From: Clostridia bacterium | Lineage (GTDB): Bacteria > Bacillota > Clostridia > Christensenellales > CAG-314 | NCBI GenBank assembly: GCA_017457305.1 | Contig: JAFTHP010000028.1 | Span: 10,064-74,063, forward strand | Reading direction: 5' to 3' | DNA length: 64,000 bases | Shown: in pieces, positions 37,937 through 47,135 of the stretch | Position numbering within the stretch: position 1 is the first letter of the stretch | How the letters are laid out: each line of letters begins with the position of its first letter | Notes under the pieces: model-generated | Seen by the model: only the letters and a program-made list of their open reading frames with translations | What the model was told of the DNA's origin: nothing | Databases searched by the model: none | Translations under genes and position numbers: made by a program

Positions 37937-39163
37937 CTATCTCTTGTCGCGACGGCGGCAAAGGTACAAATCAAGTTTGTCCTTCATATTATCTGGCATG
38001 GTTCTTTCTACAGGCAACATAACTGCGTTTGCCATGCGGTTAGCAAAAGCAATGATAAAATCAATATCTTGTTGGATATGTTCTGCCTTGATAACGGCCA
38101 TTGTGTCGTAGCTGTTGTGGATTGTTGCTGTGTTGCTTGGCGCAAGGCGAGCAAATGATACTGCAGGGATACCATTATCAGCAAATGGAGTGCTGTCGCT
38201 TGAGTAAACGTCCTGTCTGGCGGTTATTCCACGACCAACTTCCTTGGCAAAATATTGGATGTAGTGAACAAGTTTTTCTTCGGATGTGCAGCAAGCAATG
38301 AAGTTACCCATGATGCTACCAATCATATCCAAGTTGATGTTGAGAACGATGTTATCCAATTCATCTTTGTGGTCGGCACAATATGCCTTTGCACCAAGAA
38401 GACCACGTTCTTCGCTGCCGCACCAAACAAAGCGCAAACTGTGGCGATGTGGATGAGATGCAAAGTATTCGGCAATGGCAAGGATACCAACAGAGCCTGT
38501 CATATTGTCGTAAGCACCTTGGGACAAGCTTGTAGAATCGTAGTGAGCAGTAAATACAATTGTTTGGTCAATTTCGCCTGGAATATCCAAAACAACGTTG
38601 TGACTATCCGCTTCGCTTTCCACTTGGTCAATAGTGATTTTTGCGGTAGTTGCACCGCTATTGATGATGGCAATGGCAGATTTGGCATTGATATTTACAC
38701 CCAACAATCTGTTGCCGTTGTGTACTTGCTTGCGTAGTTCGCGATGGTCAATATCGCAGTCGGAGTAGTTGGCATTTCCGTCATACGTGATAAAACCAAC
38801 TGCACCATACTTTAGCAAATCTTGATATACCCAATGTCTTAGATAGGTATCAATCATAACAATCTTTCCCTTGCAAAGACTAAGGCTATAACTATCGGTA
38901 TTGGTAAGGTAATACAATGGAGCTTCTACCGTTCCACTACCACAACAAAGGTATCCCTTGCACTCAACAGCCTTTCCATCAACTTCCAATGTTGCGCTGT
39001 TAATGTACGCAACTGGCACCTTAAATGGCTCTAGTTGTGCATTTAAACCAAGTTCCTTGCACTTTTGTTGAAGATATTGTGCACATTTTAGTTCTTGTGG
39101 GCTACCGCCTGTTCTAACGTAAGCTGTGTCGGTAAAAATACTCATAAGTTGTTTGTTATCCAT
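37937..39163 (-). CDS. M28 family aminopeptidase with a PA-like insert
   Basis: AHYDS, GAYDN, GSEERGLLG, NLDMIG, SSD, IHNSYD. Confidence 0.88.
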   Translation of the reverse strand: MDNKQLMSIFTDTAYVRTGGSPQELKCAQYLQQKCKELGLNAQLEPFKVPVAYINSATLEVDGKAVECKGYLCCGSGTVEAPLYYLTNTDSYSLSLCKGKIVMIDTYLRHWVYQDLLKYGAVGFITYDGNANYSDCDIDHRELRKQVHNGNRLLGVNINAKSAIAIINSGATTAKITIDQVESEADSHNVVLDIPGEIDQTIVFTAHYDSTSLSQGAYDNMTGSVGILAIAEYFASHPHRHSLRFVWCGSEERGLLGAKAYCADHKDELDNIVLNINLDMIGSIMGNFIACCTSEEKLVHYIQYFAKEVGRGITARQDVYSSDSTPFADNGIPAVSFARLAPSNTATIHNSYDTMAVIKAEHIQQDIDFIIAFANRMANAVMLPVERTMPDNMKDKLDLYLCRRRDKR

Positions 39164-39340
39164 TGTTTTTCCTCCGTATAGTAAACCGCACAACACGTAA
39201 CGTGCGGCAAAGTTATGACAATATTATACACCCACAAACCCTTTTGTGTAAAACATATCCTGCCAATACAAAAGTGAAAAGTGGGTGTTTGTGTTCTTGT
39301 TTTTATAGGGTGTTTTTTCAATCTGTGTAAAACGCACACT

Positions 39341-40516
39341 TTAGGATATTATCCAGCACACCTGTTGTGCTTCGTGCCTTTCGGGAATTTCCAGTTTGGA
39401 AAGCATATGCTCAATAGCGTCTTGCGGTACACTTCTATCTCTATTTAAGTTGCGTTGCAATCCCCCTTGCCAATCGGTTTCCAAAAATACAATTTTTACG
39501 TTTGCGCCATACCCTTCGAACAAACCTACAAGTTTGTTACGAGTGTCCTTGGTGACGTTTGTCGCATTCCACACAAAGGGTGTTTTGTTACGCAAATACT
39601 CCTTGGCTAGTTGCTTAGCTTGAGCTACAACTGGACCTTGTGGCTTGGTGGGAGCAATACCCAACTGAGCACGAATATCGTCCAAACAAACTACGGGAAG
39701 CCCCTGCAAATGTTGTTCTACAAAGGTGTCCTTGCCACTTGCAGGAAGTCCGCAAAGTAGCGTTACTGTTCCCCAACTATCATCGTACAAGGTATCGTTT
39801 TGCCAGGTGGTTTTGCCAACAAAATAGGCACGTTTGGAAAAGTCGGTGCTAAAGTCGTGAGGATTTTCCCACACACCAGCTTCTTCTGCCAACAGTTTGA
39901 AACACTCTATTCTTTCCAAATAATCACTAACATCCCTTCCTTTGCGACCAAGCGCATCGGCTTTTTCCAAAATATACAGCAATTTCATAGAAAAATAGGG
40001 GATTAACTCTCCGTTACTGGCTATTGCAAGCATTTTTTTTGGATGAGTTCTTTCCTTTAGTGCAAAGGGTGGAAAGGAGTGATACTTAATTAGCAAACAC
40101 ACAGCTTCCCTTGTGTTGCGTTTTTCTTCCGTTCCAGCAAGGTCAAAGGTTGTCCACAGTAGCTGTCTGACAATATTTGCGCCAACAATGGCATGGCGAG
40201 GAGAGGTTATTTGACCCTCTTCTACCCTGGTACATTGTGGCTTGCCTATGTCGTGCAACAATGCAGACAAAAACAGCACTTGTTGCTCCATTTTGTTGCA
40301 TGCCTTGTACTCCTGCAACTTGATAAGTTGTTCACAAACAAATTTTGTGTGCGCAAAGACATCCCCTTCTGCATGATAGACGGGGTTTTGTGGGGTTTGC
40401 CGCATTTGTTCAAACACCTTCCCTAGTGGGGAAGCCCAAAGCTCATCCCACCTTATTGTGGTTTCGCCCTGTTGCGGAAAACAACTTATTAGGTTGTCAA
40501 AACAGTTATTGTTCAT
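39341..40516 (-). CDS. HD-Pnk: HD phosphoesterase fused to a polynucleotide kinase (AAA_33)
   Basis: YHAEGDVFAHT, LLHDIGK, RHA, KYH, ADALGR; P-loop GLPASGKDT, LDDIR, NATN, RNLNR; start could be 40537. Confidence 0.85.
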   Translation of the reverse strand: MNNNCFDNLISCFPQQGETTIRWDELWASPLGKVFEQMRQTPQNPVYHAEGDVFAHTKFVCEQLIKLQEYKACNKMEQQVLFLSALLHDIGKPQCTRVEEGQITSPRHAIVGANIVRQLLWTTFDLAGTEEKRNTREAVCLLIKYHSFPPFALKERTHPKKMLAIASNGELIPYFSMKLLYILEKADALGRKGRDVSDYLERIECFKLLAEEAGVWENPHDFSTDFSKRAYFVGKTTWQNDTLYDDSWGTVTLLCGLPASGKDTFVEQHLQGLPVVCLDDIRAQLGIAPTKPQGPVVAQAKQLAKEYLRNKTPFVWNATNVTKDTRNKLVGLFEGYGANVKIVFLETDWQGGLQRNLNRDRSVPQDAIEHMLSKLEIPERHEAQQVCWIIS

Positions 40517-41288
40517 CTCGTAATTTGTTTGGTACAATTGGCCTACTTTGCCAATGCGATTGCGAATTGTTTACACATTGCAAAAATGACGCACGAACGT
40601 ACTTTACCCTGTTTGTCACTACGCCATTTTCTTCCACCTTGATATACAATCCTTCCATAGTTGTGGACGGATCGGTTTGAAATAGTTGTAGCTGTACATC
40701 CAAATCCATTTGTTTTGCTATGTTTGCCAGTACTTCTAGGTGGTTATCGGATATATAGTTGGAGTGGCCGAGCAATGACAAAATTTGCTTTTTGTTAGTA
40801 AACGTGCCCCTTGCTAACACCGGCACAGAGCTAATAATGCCCATTTTGTTGGTAAGCGCCCTTCTGCTGTCGGTATCCAAAAAAACACCGCGCTCCTTGT
40901 CGAAAATATCAAACTCCACAAAATAATGTGGCAAAAGGTCGTAAAAAACGGTGTGCTTGGCGTACATCCACTCCCCGTACATAATGTAGCGAGTATCCAA
41001 CACGTCGAAAAGCTTGTCGGCATTGTTGTGCGCCCACTGCTTGAGCAGGTTATAGTGACGCTCCCTGTACCCACCCATCAAATAGTGGCCACGGCTTTGC
41101 AAAAGCAACTGACCATCCGAGCCAAAGGATATTGCACAATTTGCTCCATCTATTTTTTCTTCTATTACAATGTTTTTGCCAAGAATCTCCTCAAAGGGAA
41201 TCTGGCTCAAATCTTCATCCCCCGGTTGCAACCTTGACCCTTCCAAGTGGGGCGTGCGGGGATATTTTTTGATTTTGTCTTCTGTCAT
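40506..41288 (-). CDS. ATP-dependent RNA ligase family protein
   Basis: KYPRTPHL, motif I EKIDGAN, QSR, III YGEW, IIIa FDIFD, IV EGLYIK, V RVKYV. Confidence 0.88.
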   Translation of the reverse strand: MTEDKIKKYPRTPHLEGSRLQPGDEDLSQIPFEEILGKNIVIEEKIDGANCAISFGSDGQLLLQSRGHYLMGGYRERHYNLLKQWAHNNADKLFDVLDTRYIMYGEWMYAKHTVFYDLLPHYFVEFDIFDKERGVFLDTDSRRALTNKMGIISSVPVLARGTFTNKKQILSLLGHSNYISDNHLEVLANIAKQMDLDVQLQLFQTDPSTTMEGLYIKVEENGVVTNRVKYVRASFLQCVNNSQSHWQSRPIVPNKLRDEQ

Positions 41289-41294
41289 AATTAT

Positions 41295-41987
41295 CTATCC
41301 TTTCTTTGCAATGGCAACAAGGTGTCCCATAACTCCATCAAAGGAAATATTATGCACTCCTGCCGCGGCAAATAATTCAATTAGCCTATCCTTGGTTAAC
41401 AGATGAATATGCTCGGGGTTGTCGTCTTCCTTAGATGGAACGGTAACCACAACGTAGTGTTTGGCAATGTTCACGGCGTTGCAAACTGCCTGTTGAACGT
41501 TGGGGATATGCTCCAACACTTCCAACAAGGTTACAACGTCAGCGCTAGAGGAAGCAAGTGATGTTGTGGAAATATCCGCCTTGACTACTGACAGGTTGAA
41601 CACACCACCGTTGACCATATCTTGCAACATATCCACGCGCTTGTCCAAAATATCCAAACTGGTTACGCTAACCCAAGTAAACTCATCAATAAATGGCAAC
41701 AGAAACACTCCGCGTCCGCTACCCACGTCCACAAGAGATTGTACACCAATGCCTTTCAAAAATCCCAGCACCTTTGTTACACGTGGCAACAGTCTATTTG
41801 TCCTTTTGAAATGATGAAGCTTTACGCCATTTTGGTGGGCAACGTCCAATATTTGCTGGCATTGCTCTGTGGTTAGTTGGGATAGTGGCAAATGCAATAA
41901 TTGCGCTGGCAACAGCTGTTGCTTGCCTTGTCTAATCAAATTGCCACGAGCTGCCGCAACTGCAAAATGCGTATAATATCTTTCCAT
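41295..41987 (-). CDS. Class I SAM-dependent methyltransferase, possibly Hen1-like
   Basis: VDVGSGRG, LEVLEH, VTVP...PEHIH; first gene of the ligase/HD-Pnk operon; extended -10 TGATATAAT upstream. Confidence 0.8.
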   Translation of the reverse strand: MERYYTHFAVAAARGNLIRQGKQQLLPAQLLHLPLSQLTTEQCQQILDVAHQNGVKLHHFKRTNRLLPRVTKVLGFLKGIGVQSLVDVGSGRGVFLLPFIDEFTWVSVTSLDILDKRVDMLQDMVNGGVFNLSVVKADISTTSLASSSADVVTLLEVLEHIPNVQQAVCNAVNIAKHYVVVTVPSKEDDNPEHIHLLTKDRLIELFAAAGVHNISFDGVMGHLVAIAKKG

Positions 41988-42169
41988 GCCAATACCCCCT
42001 GTAAAATTATTTGATAACATTATATCATAAATACAGATAGTTTTTCAATAAAACAGCAAAAAAGTTGCCACAAATACGCCGCACAAGGCATTTAGTTGAC
42101 AAGTTATCTTGATGCCCTACCCAAAACGACAAAAAAACGGACTTGTTGATTGTTACAAGTCCGCTGTTA

Positions 42170-42811
42170 TTATCTCATTAACTTTGATTTGCGCAAAATT
42201 TTTACTAGCGCAACAAGGCATCCGCGAAATAGCAAGTCTAGCGGGATAACTGCAAGTTGCATGATACCCACAATAATCCATACAAGGCCGTTGGCAGTAA
42301 GAGTTTGCCACACATCGCCAAACTGTACAAATAGGCTAAGACACAATGCCGTAAGCAGAAGTCCTACTTCTAGCAAAACATAGTACAGCACCCATTTGAG
42401 CCAAGCAGGCATAAATTTTTGCTTTTCCATTTGCACTTCTACAACCGTTTTGTCTTCCCCCTGTCCAAATGGATCTTCCACGGTGGACGGGGTGAACTTG
42501 GCTGTAACTTTGAACGATTCGGCACACACCTTGACAATGGCAAAGGGCATACAAAAGGTTACAATGGGCACAACCATATACAAGTTGAATTGGATGGAAA
42601 AGAAAATGCCCAATATTGATGATGCAGCATAGCAAAGCAAGGTGTATTTTCTGCTGCCAAACGCAAGCATTGGCACAACAATGGCAAGGGATGCAACCAT
42701 TGCTAGCAACAAAATGAGCCATCTGGCAAAGGGCAAAGCCGATACTACCAAGCACAACGTTGCCACAGCACTACACATGCCGCAAACGGAAATAATCTTG
42801 GCTTTACTCAT
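42170..42811 (-). CDS. Membrane protein of unknown function
   Basis: About 6 hydrophobic segments; starts 2 nt after the J-domain gene stop. Confidence 0.75.
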   Translation of the reverse strand: MSKAKIISVCGMCSAVATLCLVVSALPFARWLILLLAMVASLAIVVPMLAFGSRKYTLLCYAASSILGIFFSIQFNLYMVVPIVTFCMPFAIVKVCAESFKVTAKFTPSTVEDPFGQGEDKTVVEVQMEKQKFMPAWLKWVLYYVLLEVGLLLTALCLSLFVQFGDVWQTLTANGLVWIIVGIMQLAVIPLDLLFRGCLVALVKILRKSKLMR

Positions 42812-42813
42812 GG

Positions 42814-43440
42814 TTAGCAACCGCCACCCATACATTGCATGCAGTTACAGCAAGCATTGCACAACAAGCAGTCTCCGCAGGAGCTACCTGTGCAAGTTCC
42901 GTTGCCTGCGCCCATATTGCTGTAGTTATCGTTTGTTGGACGAGAAGTTGTGCGCATTTGGTCAGGGCTGATTGTGTTGGAAGCAAGGATGCGAGTTAAC
43001 TTTTCCAAACTTTGTCTGTAGCGAGCATTGTTTGGATCCATTTGGCAAGCAAGCTCTAGTTGCTTTTTGGATTCCAAAAACCAGTTGCGCTTGTAGAACA
43101 AAATGGATTGGATGTAGTGCCACTCGGCATCTCGTACAGAACGTTCGTCAAGCAACGCTTGTGCTTCTTCCAATCTGCCGGTAGAAATAAGCTCTTGAAT
43201 TTGAGTGTAGTCGTTATCGTCAAAGAAATCTCTGGATTGATTTTGTTCTTCGCGTGATGTCAAAATATCACGATAAGCAACTTCTATTTGTTGAAGTCTT
43301 TCGCAAGCTTCTTCCCCTTCTTCGCCGGGCAAAAATCTATCGCGTTGGTATTGCGCGCGCAGTTCCTTGTAGCGAGATTCTACTTGCTCCATAGATGCGT
43401 TTGTTGGCAAGCCCAATATTTCGTATGCGTTGTAGTTCAT
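42814..43440 (-). CDS. J-domain-like / TPR protein with a Cys-rich tail
   Basis: YEILGL...YKEL (HPD replaced by QRD), TPR-like AEWHY...ACQMDPNN, C-terminal CxxC cluster. Confidence 0.8.
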   Translation of the reverse strand: MNYNAYEILGLPTNASMEQVESRYKELRAQYQRDRFLPGEEGEEACERLQQIEVAYRDILTSREEQNQSRDFFDDNDYTQIQELISTGRLEEAQALLDERSVRDAEWHYIQSILFYKRNWFLESKKQLELACQMDPNNARYRQSLEKLTRILASNTISPDQMRTTSRPTNDNYSNMGAGNGTCTGSSCGDCLLCNACCNCMQCMGGGC

Positions 43441-43442
43441 GT

Positions 43443-44306
43443 TTACTCCGTAACAATTTTTTGTTTTATATTATTTAGTATTTCCGCTGTGCGTTGACGA
43501 ATATTTTGAAATAAAATATTGGTAAGCACACAATGGTATTTTGTAAGACTAAGGTCGTTAAAGCACTGTGCTATGCGGTTTAGAACGGCGTACATTGTAA
43601 ATTGTATGTCCGCAATGTGTTCCGTTAGCTCGTTGACAGCGGACAAAGAATAACAACTTACAAATGGGTTGTACTGCTTGTGCTTTAGGTCCTTTTCAAT
43701 GTCGTCCAGTGCATCAATCAAGTATATCCACTTGCCCAAGTTGTAGCAAAGGTTTTGCGCAAATTCGCTATCATTTTCGCCAAGAGTCAACGAACAAAAG
43801 TCCTGACTCAACACAGCAAAGCTGTGTGCCACTTGGTCGATACTGCTACAACCAGATTGCTCCAATGCGCGAAGCTCGGTGTACCTGTTACAAATTGTTT
43901 GATCTAGCTGTGGCCACATTTTTTTTGCCATTTTGTATGCGCGAGAAAAGGCAGAAAGTGCAACCTTCTTTTTGAAACTTTTGTCATCCACAACGTCGTC
44001 GTACAAGTTCCATCTGGTAAGTAGCACGTTGGCAATGGCAAGCTTGTCGGTTAGCTCGTCGTTAGCTACCATTGTTTGCTTCCGTACTGGATGAGCAAAA
44101 CAGCGACTTTTTGTAAGCTCTACATCTGCTTGCAAAATGCTGTGAAAAAGCACGTTGAAGGTGTTGATATCGTTTGTGATAAACATACGTGGGATGTTGC
44201 CAAATAGTTTTTTGGTTGAAAAACACAAGGCACACATAAATGATTGCCACAATCCGCGCTGTCCATCCTCAATATTTTTTTTATCTATATCTAGGTATCC
44301 AAACAT
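43443..44306 (-). CDS. DUF5685 family protein
   Basis: MFGY start, CALC, DDVVD, LGKWIYLIDALDDIEKD...YNPF. Confidence 0.8.
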   Translation of the reverse strand: MFGYLDIDKKNIEDGQRGLWQSFMCALCFSTKKLFGNIPRMFITNDINTFNVLFHSILQADVELTKSRCFAHPVRKQTMVANDELTDKLAIANVLLTRWNLYDDVVDDKSFKKKVALSAFSRAYKMAKKMWPQLDQTICNRYTELRALEQSGCSSIDQVAHSFAVLSQDFCSLTLGENDSEFAQNLCYNLGKWIYLIDALDDIEKDLKHKQYNPFVSCYSLSAVNELTEHIADIQFTMYAVLNRIAQCFNDLSLTKYHCVLTNILFQNIRQRTAEILNNIKQKIVTE

Positions 44307-44308
44307 TG

Positions 44309-45313
44309 TTATCTAATTTTTGGCACAAAGCCCACCTTGCGGTAAACCTTGGCAAGAGTTTTTGCTGCGATACGTTCAGCCTGCTCTGCACCAGCTTTCA
44401 AAACGCTTTCCAAATATGCCTTGTCTGCAATTAGACGGCGTTGTTCATCCTGGATTGGTTTTACAACGGCAATAACAGCATCGGCTACCGCTTGCTTGAA
44501 TACACCATAGCCTTGTCCCGCAAAGCGTTGTTCCGCTTGTTCGATGGTTTCGCCACTTGTCAAGCTGTAGATGGTTAGCAGGTTGGAAATAGCAGGCTTG
44601 TCTTCACCAAAGCGAACAACTGTGTCGCTATCGGTAACGGCACGCTTAAACTTGCGAGCAATTGTGTCGGGATCATCCATAAGGCTGATAACGGCATTTT
44701 CGTTAGGATCGGACTTGGACATCTTGGAAAGTGGATCTTGCAAGCTCTTTATACTGCTACCTTGCTTGAATACCAAACCTTCGGGCACAACAAAAGTTTC
44801 GCTGTAACGATTGTTGAAACGTTCCGCCAAGTTGCGTGCAAGCTCCAAGTGTTGAATTTGGTCCTTGCCCACAGGAACAAGATCTGTTTGGTACAAAAGG
44901 ATATCTGCCGCCATCAAAACAGGGTAGTTCATCAAGCCCATGTTAATATTATCGGCGTGTTTCCTTGATTTTTCCTTAAATTGAGTCATGCGATTGAGTT
45001 CGCCAATGTAGGAAATTGTGTCCAACACCCAGCAAAGTTCGGCATGTTGAGGAACGTGCGATTGAATAAACAATCCACTCTTAGTGGGATCTACGCCACA
45101 GGCAATGTACAAAGCAACCAAATCCATGGTGTTTTTTCTAAGCTCTGCTGCCACTTGTGAAACGGTTATTGAGTGCATATCTACAACGCAGTACAAGCAG
45201 TTGTATTGGTCTTGCAATGGCCCCCAGTTGCGGATTGCTCCCAAGTAGTTGCCAAGTGTGATTTTGCCTGTAGGTTGTACACCGCTGAAAACGGTCTTTT
45301 TGATTGCGTCCAT
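44309..45313 (-). CDS. trpS: Tryptophan--tRNA ligase
   Basis: SGVQPTG, TLGN (HIGH), YPVLMAADIL, GKDQ, KMSKS. Confidence 0.97.
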   Translation of the reverse strand: MDAIKKTVFSGVQPTGKITLGNYLGAIRNWGPLQDQYNCLYCVVDMHSITVSQVAAELRKNTMDLVALYIACGVDPTKSGLFIQSHVPQHAELCWVLDTISYIGELNRMTQFKEKSRKHADNINMGLMNYPVLMAADILLYQTDLVPVGKDQIQHLELARNLAERFNNRYSETFVVPEGLVFKQGSSIKSLQDPLSKMSKSDPNENAVISLMDDPDTIARKFKRAVTDSDTVVRFGEDKPAISNLLTIYSLTSGETIEQAEQRFAGQGYGVFKQAVADAVIAVVKPIQDEQRRLIADKAYLESVLKAGAEQAERIAAKTLAKVYRKVGFVPKIR

Positions 45314-45516
45314 AATAATACCTCTTTTGCCAAATATTGTTAGTTTTATGCTGGCACACCGCGCAAATAAGTACATACTGCGCTATTTTATATAATATCA
45401 CTAATATTATTTGTTGTCAATAGAACAACCACCGCACCAGACACAAGAAAAACATTATTTGAAAAATAAAAAGCACCACTGTGTAGTGATGCTTTTTTTG
45501 TTTGTAATTGTGTAAA

Positions 45517-45921
45517 TTATCTTGCAGCCTTGATTGCAGCGGATGTTCCGTAGTAGATCATAGCGCCAGAAAGTTTGATTGTCCAGTCGGAATCTTTGGA
45601 ATCCTCGTCTTCTTCTGCAGCATAATCTTGCATCTTTTCCCATGCAGCTTCAGCAGCTTCTTCTGTTTCGAAGTAAACGATTGTAACGTGTTCAAGTTTG
45701 TCCTCTTCGTCGCCTTCGCCTTCTACAAGAAGAGAACCTGTAACAACGCAATCAACATCCTTGAAACCCAAAAGAACAGGAAGATTAATAACTTTGTAGC
45801 CGTTTTCTTTCAAAGCAGCTTCTGCCTTTACTGGATCAGCATTTGGAGCGCATGCAACAAATACTACAAGAGACATGATTGCAACAAGTGCAAGTGCAAG
45901 AATTTTAGTAAACTTTTTCAT
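45517..45921 (-). CDS. Small acidic lipoprotein
   Basis: MKKF + hydrophobic core + FVAC lipobox; AAGGAGG RBS. Confidence 0.8.
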   Translation of the reverse strand: MKKFTKILALALVAIMSLVVFVACAPNADPVKAEAALKENGYKVINLPVLLGFKDVDCVVTGSLLVEGEGDEEDKLEHVTIVYFETEEAAEAAWEKMQDYAAEEDEDSKDSDWTIKLSGAMIYYGTSAAIKAAR

Positions 45922-46065
45922 AATAAATTCCTCCTTAATCGGTTGAGTATATTGTAATTGAAATATATGCAATTGTCAATGTTGATTGACAAAATAATTT
46001 GGAAAATTAATTTAATGCTACCTTTTTCACTGTTATATTTGTGAAATATATAAGCACAACAGATG

Positions 46066-46986
46066 TTATTTGTTTTTTGGAGCTTTGGCAAGCAACGTAA
46101 AGTACCTGTCATCGCCATCGGGAAAAACGGTTACAATCTTCTTTCCCTTGTTTTGTGGATCTTTGGCAAGTCGAACAGCTGCAACGATGTTAGCTGCAGA
46201 AGACAAACCACAGCAATAGCCTTGTTTTAGGTTGAGTGTGTAGAACATATCCATTGTTTGCTCGTCCGTTACAAGTTCGATGCTATCTACAAGATCGGGC
46301 TGATAAAGCTTGGGAACAAACCCTGCACCAATGCCTTGAATTGCGTGTTGTCCCTTTTCCCCTCGGCTGATAATTGGACTGGATGCTGGCTCTACCCCAA
46401 CAATCTTGCAGCTAGGAAAGGCTTGCTTTAGCTTGGTTGCTGTGCCAATAAGTGTACCGCTGGTTCCAATACCTGCAACAAAAATGTCCACGTTGTCAAT
46501 TTGATTGACAATTTCTTCCCCAGTGGAAACAACGTGAGCTTGCACGTTTTGTGGATTTTCAAATTGACGCATAAGCAAATGCTTGGGTTGACTGGCAAGT
46601 TCTTCGGCCATATCCACAGCACCTTGCATACCAAGAGCGCCTTCGGTTAGCACAAGTTGAGCACCAAGTCCTTGCAAAAGATTGCGACGTTCTTCGCTCA
46701 TTGTATCGGGCATGGTAAGTAGCACCCTGTAGCCACGCTTTGCACCAATGTAGGCAAGGGATATTCCCATGTTACCGCTGGTTGCTTCCACAATTGTGTA
46801 GCCCGGCTTGAGCAATCCATCTTGCTCAGCTTGCAAAATCATTTGCAATGCTGGACGATCCTTGATGCTACCAGTAGCATTTTGCGTTTCGTCCTTTACA
46901 AAAATGTCTGCTTCAAAATCTTCTTCATAGGGAATAAGGGGTGTGTTACCTATACCCAATGGTGTTGCGTGTTTGTAAAAATCCAT
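46066..46986 (-). CDS. cysK: Cysteine synthase (PLP-dependent)
   Basis: GSIKDR, EATSGN, QFENP, GIGTSGT, IQGIGAGF. Confidence 0.9.
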   Translation of the reverse strand: MDFYKHATPLGIGNTPLIPYEEDFEADIFVKDETQNATGSIKDRPALQMILQAEQDGLLKPGYTIVEATSGNMGISLAYIGAKRGYRVLLTMPDTMSEERRNLLQGLGAQLVLTEGALGMQGAVDMAEELASQPKHLLMRQFENPQNVQAHVVSTGEEIVNQIDNVDIFVAGIGTSGTLIGTATKLKQAFPSCKIVGVEPASSPIISRGEKGQHAIQGIGAGFVPKLYQPDLVDSIELVTDEQTMDMFYTLNLKQGYCCGLSSAANIVAAVRLAKDPQNKGKKIVTVFPDGDDRYFTLLAKAPKNK

Positions 46987-47135
46987 AGTGGTTTTACCTC
47001 GATAATTGCATAGTTTGGTTGTTAAATAGACTTGGTTGTAGTACTAAAGTAAATAAGTGTGCAAATATAACTCAAAACATAACTACTAACAAATTACAAC
47101 AAAAGGGCGACATTTCGCCCTTGTTGCTAGTATGT

